Shown here piece after piece: positions 8,660-16,367 of a stretch of DNA of 64,000 bases. Position numbers and translations under genes: made by a program. Origin of the DNA: Azospirillum brasilense. Lineage in GTDB: Bacteria; Pseudomonadota; Alphaproteobacteria; Rickettsiales; UBA3002. The notes under the pieces are model-generated. The model had not been told where the DNA came from. It did no database searches and saw only the letters and a program-made list of their open reading frames with translations. The stretch is taken from the NCBI GenBank assembly GCA_003241645.1, contig QFOX01000004.1:183-64182 (forward strand). Reading direction: 5' to 3'. Numbering within the stretch: the first letter of the stretch is position 1; each line of letters starts with the position of its first letter.

Positions 8660-9601
8660 ATGGGATTTCGCAACACAGTGCTGCTCGGGGGAGCGGCCTT
8701 CTGCCTGCTCACCGGGGTGGCTTCGGCCGCGCCGGCGCGCGACGCCATGATCGAAGGCGCGCGGCTCTGCACGCAGCATTTCCCCATTCAGGAACGCGCG
8801 CAGGGCATTCCCAACCATTTGCTTGCCGCCATTTCCAGCACCGAATCGGGCCGCTGGCATAAGGGGCTCGACATGGCGCTGCCATGGCCGTGGACCGCCA
8901 ACGTGGAAGGCAAAGGCTATTACTTCGCCAGCAAGGCCGAGGCCGTGGCCCGCACGCAGGAATTCATGCGGCAGGGTGCCCGCTCCATCGATGTGGGCTG
9001 CATGCAGGTGAACCTGAAGCACCACAGCGCGGCCTTCCGTGACCTGAACGAAGCCTATGACCCCGGCACAAACGTGGCCTATGCCGCCAAGTTCCTGCGC
9101 ACCAATTACAACGACCTTGGCGATTGGATCAAGGCGACCGCGGCCTACCATTCGCGCACCCCGAAATATGGCAGCGCCTACCTCGCGCGCATTGAGAAAA
9201 GCTGGAACCGCATCGTCACCAAAGTAGCGGCCGCCCGCACCAACCAGGGGCTGGCACCGCAGGCGACGGAAACCCCGGATTTCGGCGCGGGCCAGCAGGC
9301 CATGGCCGCCAGCGCCCCGGTGGCGCGCAGCATGAACCGCATCGACAGCACGCGCAATGTGCGGGTCATTCAGGTGTCCGGCGCGGCGGATCGCAACCAT
9401 TCCGATGTCATGGTCGTGCGGCGCAATTCGCAGGACGGGGTGACCCCCATCCGCGTGGCGGATGCACGGGCCGCCACCGCTTCGGACATGATGGTGAAGA
9501 CCAGCGGGGCACCCCAGCCCGTAGCGGTTGACAGCAGCGCCACAAATGCCAATAGTGCGGCCAAATCGGCAAGCCAGCCGAAATTTGTGTTTGCGAACTA
9601 G
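8660..9601 (+). CDS. Secreted lytic transglycosylase (SLT domain)
   Basis: Signal peptide MGFRNTVLLGGAAFCLLTGVASA. AISSTESGRW catalytic-Glu motif. GCMQVN and AYHS motifs. Confidence 0.8.
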   Translation: MGFRNTVLLGGAAFCLLTGVASAAPARDAMIEGARLCTQHFPIQERAQGIPNHLLAAISSTESGRWHKGLDMALPWPWTANVEGKGYYFASKAEAVARTQEFMRQGARSIDVGCMQVNLKHHSAAFRDLNEAYDPGTNVAYAAKFLRTNYNDLGDWIKATAAYHSRTPKYGSAYLARIEKSWNRIVTKVAAARTNQGLAPQATETPDFGAGQQAMAASAPVARSMNRIDSTRNVRVIQVSGAADRNHSDVMVVRRNSQDGVTPIRVADARAATASDMMVKTSGAPQPVAVDSSATNANSAAKSASQPKFVFAN

Positions 9602-9611
9602 GAAGTATCCC

Positions 9612-9785
9612 ATGGCCTACGAGATCCTTGAAGTGACCACCATGACGGTGGCGTGCGATGGCGGCAACGGTGCCCTTGGCCATCCGCGCGTGTACCTGCA
9701 TATCGACCCCGAACATGACCATTCCGTCACTTGCGGTTATTGCAGCCGCACCTATGTTTACCGGGAACCCCAACAGGTAGCGTAG
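9612..9785 (+). CDS. Zinc-finger (CHCC, NDUFS6-like) domain protein
   Basis: MAYEILEVTTMTVACDGGNGALGHPRVYLHIDPEHDHSVTCGYCSRTY. C-x...HP...C-x2-C pattern. Confidence 0.7.
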   Translation: MAYEILEVTTMTVACDGGNGALGHPRVYLHIDPEHDHSVTCGYCSRTYVYREPQQVA

Positions 9786-9787
9786 CT

Positions 9788-9988
9788 ATGACCGGTCTTG
9801 CCATCCTCCTTCTTGCCCTGATGGGCGCCACCGCCGTGGTGCTGGTGGTTGGCATTGTGTTGATGGCGCGCGGTGGCGAGCCCAACCGAAAATACGGCAA
9901 TAAAATGATGGTAGCGCGCGTGACGCTGCAAGGGCTGGCGCTGGGTGCCATGGCGCTGATGCTGCTGGCGCGCCAGCAGGGCGCGTAA
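9788..9988 (+). CDS. Twin-transmembrane-helix small protein (HIG1-like)
   Basis: 66 aa with two TM helices separated by ARGGEPNRKYGNKMMVARV. Confidence 0.65.
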   Translation: MTGLAILLLALMGATAVVLVVGIVLMARGGEPNRKYGNKMMVARVTLQGLALGAMALMLLARQQGA

Positions 9989-10074
9989 CGCATTTTTCTG
10001 ATCGCTGACGCTGCAGTGCAGCTTGCGTTTTTCCTAAAAAATCCGCATGGTTAAAGAAAAAGGAGAACTGCCGT

Positions 10075-10824
10075 ATGCGCATCCTCGTGCCGGTCAAACG
10101 CGTGGTCGATTACAACGTAAAGATCCGGGTGAAAGCCGACCAGTCGGGCGTTGAACTCGCCAACGTGAAAATGAGCATGAACCCGTTCGACGAGATCGCG
10201 GTGGAAGAGGCGATCCGCCTCAAGGAAAAAGGCATCGCCACCGAGGTGGTCGCGGTGAGCATCGGCATCAAGCAATGCGAGGAAACCCTGCGCACCGCCT
10301 TGGCGGTGGGCGTGGACCGTGCCATTCACGTGCTGACCGACGCGGCCATTGAACCGCTGGTCGCGGCCAAATTGCTGAAGGCCGTGGCGCAGAAAGAATC
10401 CGCCGACCTTGTCATTGCCGGCAAACAGGCCATTGATGACGACGCCAACCAGACCGGCCAGATGTTGGCGGCCCTGCTGGGCTGGCCGCAGGCGACCTTC
10501 GCCAGCAAGGTGGAGATCGCGGGCGGCGAGGCCACCGTGACCCGCGAGGTGGATGGCGGGCTGATGACCGTGGCGGTGAAGCTGCCCGCCGTCATCACCA
10601 CGGACCTGCGCCTGAACGAACCGCGCTACGCCAAACTGCCTGACATTATGAAAGCGCGCGCCAAGCCGCTGACCGTGCTTTCGCCGGCCGAGCTGGGCGT
10701 GGAGCCTGTCACGCGCCTGCAGGTGGTGAAAGTGGAAGAGCCGCCCAAACGCAAAGGCGGCGGCAAGGTGAAGGACGTGGCCGAGCTGGTCGATAAACTG
10801 AAGAACGAAGCGAAGGTGATATGA
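10075..10824 (+). CDS. etfB: Electron transfer flavoprotein beta subunit
   Basis: [46 protein letters not shown]. Confidence 0.95.
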   Translation: MRILVPVKRVVDYNVKIRVKADQSGVELANVKMSMNPFDEIAVEEAIRLKEKGIATEVVAVSIGIKQCEETLRTALAVGVDRAIHVLTDAAIEPLVAAKLLKAVAQKESADLVIAGKQAIDDDANQTGQMLAALLGWPQATFASKVEIAGGEATVTREVDGGLMTVAVKLPAVITTDLRLNEPRYAKLPDIMKARAKPLTVLSPAELGVEPVTRLQVVKVEEPPKRKGGGKVKDVAELVDKLKNEAKVI

Positions 10825-10835
10825 ACGACGTTCAT

Positions 10836-10984
10836 GTCATCCCGGAACATTTTTCAGGAGAAAAATTTCTCCGGGATCCAGACCTCACGGCGCTCAGCAG
10901 AGCGCCGTCGTCAAAAAAGTCTGCTGACTTTTTTACCGTGGATTCCCCTATGATTTCGCCTGCTGGCGAAATCCGGGGAATGAC
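10836..10984. repeat. 149-bp three-hairpin MITE-like element (family C) between etfB and etfA
   Basis: gtcatcccgg...ccgggatcc hairpin, a central cggcgct/agcgccg hairpin, and gattcccc...ggggaatgac. About 80% identical to 14481..14630. Same architecture as 34136..34283. Confidence 0.85.
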
Positions 10985-11004
10985 AATTGTTGAAGGAGTT
11001 TAAC

Positions 11005-11931
11005 ATGACGATCCTTGTCATCGCCGAACATGACGGCACCCAGATCACCCCGGCCACCCGCGCCACCATTGGCGCGGCGCAACAGATCGGCGGTGAAGTG
11101 CACCTCGCGCTGGCGGGGCACAATATCGCCCCCGTCATCGAGCACGCAAAACGGCTCGCGGGCATCACCAAGGTGCTGGTCGAGGATGATGCACTGTATG
11201 CGCACCCGCTGGCCGAAGCGCTTGCACCGTTCATTACCCAGCTGGCGGCGGCCTATACACACGTGCTGGCCCCGGCCACCACGCAGGGCAAGGACGTGAT
11301 GCCGCGCGTGGCCGCACTGCTCGACGTGCAGCAGATCTCGGAGATCACCAAGATCATCAGCGCCGATACGTTCGTGCGCCCCATCTATGCGGGCAACGCG
11401 CTGCAGACCGTGCAATCGAGCGACGCGATTAAGGTCATCACCGTGCGCGCCACCGCGTTCGACAAAGTGGGCGAGGGCAACGTGGCGGAAGTGGTGGATG
11501 TGCCCGCCGTGCCGGTGCAGACCACCTCGCGGTTCGTGGGCATGCAGGAAGCCAAGTCCGACCGGCCGGAGCTGACCAGCGCGCGCGTGGTCGTATCTGG
11601 TGGTCGTGGGCTGGGTTCGGCCGAGAATTTCAAACTGCTCGAGAAGCTCGCCGACAAGCTCGGCGCCGCCATGGGTGCCAGCCGCGCCGCGGTGGATGCG
11701 GGCTACGTGCCCAACGACTGGCAGGTCGGCCAGACCGGCAAGGTCGTGGCGCCCGAGCTGTACATTGCCGTGGGCATCAGCGGGGCCATCCAGCATCTTG
11801 CGGGCATGAAAGAGAGCAAGGTCATCGTCGCCATCAACAAGGACGAGAACGCCCCCATCTTCGAGATCGCCGATTACGGGCTGGTGGGTGACCTGTTCGA
11901 GCTGCTGCCGCAGCTGGAAGCCGCGCTCTAG
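11005..11931 (+). CDS. etfA: Electron transfer flavoprotein alpha subunit
   Basis: gaaggag RBS then [12 protein letters not shown]-terminal [34 protein letters not shown]-binding motif. Confidence 0.95.
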   Translation: MTILVIAEHDGTQITPATRATIGAAQQIGGEVHLALAGHNIAPVIEHAKRLAGITKVLVEDDALYAHPLAEALAPFITQLAAAYTHVLAPATTQGKDVMPRVAALLDVQQISEITKIISADTFVRPIYAGNALQTVQSSDAIKVITVRATAFDKVGEGNVAEVVDVPAVPVQTTSRFVGMQEAKSDRPELTSARVVVSGGRGLGSAENFKLLEKLADKLGAAMGASRAAVDAGYVPNDWQVGQTGKVVAPELYIAVGISGAIQHLAGMKESKVIVAINKDENAPIFEIADYGLVGDLFELLPQLEAAL

Positions 11932-11934
11932 CGC

Positions 11935-12351
11935 TTAGCGCCCGGGCGCAGCCCCGTCGCCGCTGCGAATGCGCGACGTGGCGCTGTCCTGCGCCTGCAC
12001 CGCATCCAGCAGCGGGGCATCTTCCGTGGCGCGTTTGAAGCCTTCATGCTGCTCCAGCAGGCGTGCTTTTTCCATGCTCAGGCGCACCACGGCTTCGCCC
12101 GCATTGGTGGGCACGGCGCTGGGCATGTATTTCGGTTCGATCGCGGCAATGGCTTTTTGCAAGCCCACGGCTTCTGCCAGCGGCAGGGTCTGCGATTGCA
12201 GGTAATTCGCCGTGTCGTCGCGGCCCACATATTGCGGATAAATGGTGTAGGGGTTGCCGGACTCGTCGCGCTCGAAATCGATGCAAAGCGATGTCCACCG
12301 CCCGCCGAGGCGTTGTTCTATGAATTGGCGTGTGCGTGTGTTATCTGGCAT
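11935..12351 (-). CDS. Hypothetical protein (138 aa)
   Basis: ORF with ordinary amino-acid composition, convergent with etfA. No motif recognised. Confidence 0.45.
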   Translation of the reverse strand: MPDNTRTRQFIEQRLGGRWTSLCIDFERDESGNPYTIYPQYVGRDDTANYLQSQTLPLAEAVGLQKAIAAIEPKYMPSAVPTNAGEAVVRLSMEKARLLEQHEGFKRATEDAPLLDAVQAQDSATSRIRSGDGAAPGR

Positions 12352-12405
12352 AGCGACCTCGCGAAATCCTTGCGCCGAGCTTACACCTAAGACAATGAAG
12401 AATTC

Positions 12406-14160
12406 ATGAACACCGCCCCGGACCGCCTGAAATTAGCCCTCGCGCAGATGAACCCCACCGTGGGCGACCTTGCGGGCAACGCGCTGGCCATTGTGCGCAC
12501 GGCGCAGGAAGCCGCCGCGCATGGCGCGGATCTGGTGCTGTTCCCCGAAATGGCGCTGACCGGCTACCCGCCGGAGGATCTGATTCTGGTGCCGGCCTTC
12601 CGCCAGGCCGCGTGGGACGCGGCGCGCCAGATCGCGAAGGATACGCAATCGCTGCCGTGCGACCTCATCTTCGGCAATTTGTGGGAAGAGGGCGCGGCGA
12701 TTTACAATGCCTCGGTGCTGGCCAGCGGCGGGCGCTTAAGCCTGCTGCGCGCCAAGCACGCGCTGCCGAATTACGGCGTGTTCGACGAAATGCGCGTGTT
12801 CGCCCCCGGCCCGGAGCCGGAAGTGGTGGAGTGGCGCGGCCTGAAATTGGGCCTGCTGATTTGCGAAGAGGTCTGGCAGCCGGGTGCAGGCGTGGCGCTG
12901 GCGCAGGCGGGCGCCGAACTGCTGCTGGTGCAGAATGCCAGCCCCTACCACATTGGCAAGGCCAGTGAACGCAAAGCCGTGGTGGATGCGGTAGTGAAGG
13001 CGACCGGCCTACCGCTGGTGTACCTGAACCTCGTGGGTGGGCAGGACGAGCTGGTGTTCGATGGCCGCTCCTACGCCGTCGGGGCCGACGGGGCCGATGC
13101 CGCGCGGCTGCCCGCCTTCTGCGAAAGCCTTGCGGTGCTGGAATGGAAGAAAACTGAGGGGGGCCTTGCCCCCCACGCCTCGCTTCCCCCCGCCGCTAGC
13201 GGCTCGCGCAGCGATGGCGCTACGCAAGGGAGCGCATCACGTTGGGTATGTGTTTCTGGCCCTATGGAGCCCGTGCGCGGCGACGAAGAAACGATCTACC
13301 ACGCGCTGGTGTTGGGCCTGCGCGATTACGTGCGCAAGAATGGCTTCCCCGGGGTGGTGCTGGGGCTTTCCGGCGGCATTGATTCGGCGTTGTCGGCCGC
13401 CATCGCGGTGGATGCGCTAGGCGCGGATAAGGTGCTCGGCCTGCGGCTGCCCAGCCCCTACAGCTCGGCCGATAGTCTGGAAGACGCACAGGCGCTGGTG
13501 GAATTGCTGGGCATGCAGACCCATACCGTATCCATTGAGCCGGGCATGCAGGCGGCCAACGCTGCGCTTGCGCCGTTATTCGCCGGTCGCGCCCCCGACA
13601 CGACCGAGGAGAATATCCAAGCCCGCCTGCGCGGCCTGACGCTGATGGCGATGAGCAACAAGTTCGGCCACATGCTGCTGACCACGGGCAATAAGTCTGA
13701 GATGTCGGTGGGCTATGCCACGCTGTATGGCGATATGGCGGGTGGTTTTTCGGTGCTGAAGGACGTGTACAAAACCACCGTGACCCGGCTTTCCAGCTGG
13801 CGCAATGGCTTTGCCGACATCGCGCGGCTGGGGCTGCTGGGGCCTGCGGGCCCGGTCATGCCGGAGCGCAGCATCACCAAGCCGCCAAGTGCCGAGCTGC
13901 GGCCCGGCCAGTTGGATCAGGATTCGTTGCCGCCCTATGCCGTGCTGGATACGGTGCTGCGCGGGTTGATCGAGCGGCAGCTTTCCGTGCATGAGTTGAT
14001 CGCCGAGGGCATGGAGCCCGCCGTGGTGGAAAAGGTCGCCAAGCTGGTGTGGGCGGCGGAATATAAACGCCGCCAAAGCGCGCCGGGCGTGAAGATCACG
14101 CCCATGGCGTTCGGCCGCGACCGCCGTTGGCCCATCACCAACCGCTGGAAATTCCAGTAG
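12406..14160 (+). CDS. nadE: Glutamine-dependent NAD+ synthetase carrying an in-frame repeat insertion
   Basis: N-terminal CN-hydrolase domain (LKLALAQMNPTVGDLAGN). C-terminal PP-loop LGLSGGIDSAL. The insertion [27 protein letters not shown] sits in the inter-domain linker. Confidence 0.95.
   Translation: MNTAPDRLKLALAQMNPTVGDLAGNALAIVRTAQEAAAHGADLVLFPEMALTGYPPEDLILVPAFRQAAWDAARQIAKDTQSLPCDLIFGNLWEEGAAIYNASVLASGGRLSLLRAKHALPNYGVFDEMRVFAPGPEPEVVEWRGLKLGLLICEEVWQPGAGVALAQAGAELLLVQNASPYHIGKASERKAVVDAVVKATGLPLVYLNLVGGQDELVFDGRSYAVGADGADAARLPAFCESLAVLEWKKTEGGLAPHASLPPAASGSRSDGATQGSASRWVCVSGPMEPVRGDEETIYHALVLGLRDYVRKNGFPGVVLGLSGGIDSALSAAIAVDALGADKVLGLRLPSPYSSADSLEDAQALVELLGMQTHTVSIEPGMQAANAALAPLFAGRAPDTTEENIQARLRGLTLMAMSNKFGHMLLTTGNKSEMSVGYATLYGDMAGGFSVLKDVYKTTVTRLSSWRNGFADIARLGLLGPAGPVMPERSITKPPSAELRPGQLDQDSLPPYAVLDTVLRGLIERQLSVHELIAEGMEPAVVEKVAKLVWAAEYKRRQSAPGVKITPMAFGRDRRWPITNRWKFQ
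13154..13239 (+). repeat. GC-rich palindromic repeat, family A, copy in nadE
   Basis: ctgaggggggccttgccccccacgcctcgcttccccccgccgctagcggctcgcgcagcgatggcgctacgcaagggagcgcatca. Same frame and orientation relative to its host gene as the glyQ copy. Confidence 0.9.
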
Positions 14161-14263
14161 AAAACTCCATTGCATTTAACGCAAATCCCGCCGGTTGTTA
14201 ACCGGCTGTTCATGTTGTGCGTGTAGGGTCGGCAGGTCAGCTCATCTACAAAAAGGAGATTTC

Positions 14264-14428
14264 ATGCCCTACAACCTGCATGGCGACACGGAACGTGCGC
14301 GCGAAACCCTCTGGGCCCGCAAGGAAGACGCCAAAGCCATTGAAGCGCTGCGCCGTCGCATCGACGCGGAAACCGCCCTGGCCGAAAAACTGCAGGAAGT
14401 GAAAGCGCAGGGCAGGCCAAAGGGATAG
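14264..14428 (+). CDS. Small hypothetical protein (54 aa, helical/charged)
   Basis: aaaggag RBS 6 nt before the ATG. MPYNLHGDTERARETLWARKEDAKAIEALRRRIDAE. Confidence 0.45.
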   Translation: MPYNLHGDTERARETLWARKEDAKAIEALRRRIDAETALAEKLQEVKAQGRPKG

Positions 14429-14480
14429 TCCACTCCTGCATTGAAGTTTGAAGAAAAATCCTCTAACGCTGCGACCCGCC

Positions 14481-14630
14481 GTCATCCTCGAAAAATTTTC
14501 AGCAGAAAATTTCTTCGGGGATCCAGACCACACGATGGCCAGTAGGCCATCGTCGTCAAAAAATATCTTCTGACATTTTTTGCGTGGATTCCCCTATGAT
14601 TTTGCCTGCTGGCAAAATCCGGGGAATGAC
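14481..14630. repeat. 150-bp three-hairpin MITE-like element (family C) upstream of gltX
   Basis: gtcatcctcg...cggggatcc, a central cgatggcc/ggccatcg hairpin (compensatory changes versus the etfBA copy), and gattcccc...ggggaatgac. Confidence 0.85.
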
Positions 14631-14659
14631 GATACGGAAGAGGCCTTAGAGGATTTTTT

Positions 14660-16006
14660 ATGTCGCAAGAGCAAGTATTCGTTCGTTTCGCCCCCAGCCC
14701 CACCGGCTGGCTGCATGTGGGCAACGTGCGCACCGCCCTCATGAACTGGCTGTTCGCCCGCGCGGCGGGTGGCCGCTTCCTGCTGCGTATCGACGATACG
14801 GACACCGTGCGCAGCAAGGCCGAATACGAAGCGGGCCTGAAGACCGACCTGCAATGGCTGGGGCTGGAATGGGACGCGTTCGAGAAGCAATCGCTGCGCT
14901 TTGACCGCTACGAGCTGGCCAAGCAAAAACTCATCGCCGATGGGCGGCTCTACCCGTGCTATGAAACGGCCGAAGAGATCGACATTAAACGCAAAATGCT
15001 GGCCGGTCGCGGCCTGCCGCCGATCTATGACCGCGCCGCGCTGAACGATACGGCCGAGATGCGCGCTGAATACGAAGCGCAGGGCCGCACGCCGCACTGG
15101 CGCTTCAAGCTGGACCATAAACCCATCGTGTGGGACGACATGGTGCGTGGCCGCACCGAGTTCGACGGCGCGAAACTTTCCGACCCCGTGCTGATCCGCG
15201 AAGATGGCGGCGTGCTGTTCACCTTTGCCACCTCGGTGGATGATGGGGAAATGGGCATCACCCACATTATTCGTGGGGAGGACCATGTGTCCAACAGCGC
15301 CATCCAGATCCAGATCATGGAAGCGCTCGGCTTTGCCGCCCCCATCATGGGCCACATGGCGCTGCTGAAAATGAAGGAAGGCAAAATTTCCAAACGCGAA
15401 GGCGGCGGCGATATCAAGTCGCTGCGCGAAGAGGGCATCCTGCCGCTGGCACTGGTGAGCTACCTCGCCAAGATCGGCACGTCCGACGCGATCGATCTCG
15501 CGCCGAGCCTTGAGCAACTGGGCGCGGAATTCGCCATTACCAAGCTGGGCCGCGCCATGGCGAATTACGACCCCGCCGAGCTGGAACGCCTGAACCAGAA
15601 ATTGCTGCACCAGATGGATTTTGCGGCAGTAGAGACGTTACTTGCAGCGCGCAGCGCTGGACATATTACACCCGAATTTTGGACGATGATTCGTGGTAAC
15701 CTGACAAGCCTCGATGAGACAAAAGAATGGTGGACGCTGGTGCAAGAGCCTATCACCCCAACCATCAACGATAAGGAATTCACCGACGTTGCAGCCACCT
15801 TGCTGCCCAGCGGCGAATGGGGCGCAGGCAGCTGGGACGAGTTCGTGGCTGCGGTGAAAGAGAAGACCGGCCGCAAAGGCAAAGAGCTGTTCATGCCGCT
15901 GCGCCTGGCGCTGACCGGCATGGAGCACGGCCCGGAAATTAAGGTGCTGTTCGCCCTGCTGGGTCGTGAGCGCGCGCAAAAACGCCTGATGGGCGAGGCG
16001 GCATAA
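14660..16006 (+). CDS. gltX: Glutamyl-tRNA synthetase
   Basis: VRFAPSPTGWLHVGNVRTAL (HIGH-type) and KISKREGG (KMSKS-type). Confidence 0.95.
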   Translation: MSQEQVFVRFAPSPTGWLHVGNVRTALMNWLFARAAGGRFLLRIDDTDTVRSKAEYEAGLKTDLQWLGLEWDAFEKQSLRFDRYELAKQKLIADGRLYPCYETAEEIDIKRKMLAGRGLPPIYDRAALNDTAEMRAEYEAQGRTPHWRFKLDHKPIVWDDMVRGRTEFDGAKLSDPVLIREDGGVLFTFATSVDDGEMGITHIIRGEDHVSNSAIQIQIMEALGFAAPIMGHMALLKMKEGKISKREGGGDIKSLREEGILPLALVSYLAKIGTSDAIDLAPSLEQLGAEFAITKLGRAMANYDPAELERLNQKLLHQMDFAAVETLLAARSAGHITPEFWTMIRGNLTSLDETKEWWTLVQEPITPTINDKEFTDVAATLLPSGEWGAGSWDEFVAAVKEKTGRKGKELFMPLRLALTGMEHGPEIKVLFALLGRERAQKRLMGEAA

Positions 16007-16011
16007 TGCCC

Positions 16012-16361
16012 GTCATTCCAGCGAAAGCTGGAATCCATGAGGCATGATGCAGCACTCCTACCTGTATATCATGGCAAGCAAGCTGCATGGTACACTCTAC
16101 ATTGGGGTGACCGCCGATTTGGTAAAGCGCGTGTATGAGCATCGTACTGGGATGGTTGCAGGGTTTACCAAGAAATACCACGTGCACATGCTTGTATATT
16201 ATGAGATGCACGAAGATATAACGCAGGCCATCCAGCGCGAAACGCAAATGAAGGCGTGGAAGCGAAGGTGGAAAATTGAACTTATTGAGAAGCAGAATCC
16301 AGCATGGGAAGACCTGTATGCGTCCATTCTCTGATTGGATTCCAGCTTTCGCTGGAATGAC
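16012..16361 (+). mobile_element. Candidate minimal mobile unit: GIY-YIG gene bracketed by perfect 26-bp inverted hairpin repeats
   Basis: 16012-16037 gtcattccagcgaaagctggaatcca and 16336-16361 tggattccagctttcgctggaatgac are exact reverse complements. The unit fills the gltX-cysS gap and its interior is AT-richer. Confidence 0.5.
16044..16334 (+). CDS. GIY-YIG nuclease family protein (YhbQ/UPF0213-like, nuclease domain only)
   Basis: SYLYIMASKLHGTLYIGVTADLVKRVYEHRTG...QRETQMKAWKRRWKIELIE. GIY/YIG, Arg and Glu positions are as in the family. Confidence 0.85.
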   Translation: MMQHSYLYIMASKLHGTLYIGVTADLVKRVYEHRTGMVAGFTKKYHVHMLVYYEMHEDITQAIQRETQMKAWKRRWKIELIEKQNPAWEDLYASIL

Positions 16362-16367
16362 GGTACG

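Noticed and set aside
10821-11003. 60-aa ORF between etfB and etfA (and the analogous 14482..14817 minus-strand ORF)
   Set aside because: It is entirely a translation of the family C MITE-like repeat. The same peptide recurs wherever the repeat occurs.
16044-16334. GIY-YIG ORF as a group I intron or intein-type homing endonuclease
   Set aside because: It lies between two genes rather than inside one. No intron-like RNA structure is apparent and it has no DNA-binding extension. The TIR-bracketed layout fits a small mobile cassette or a YhbQ-like housekeeping nuclease better.
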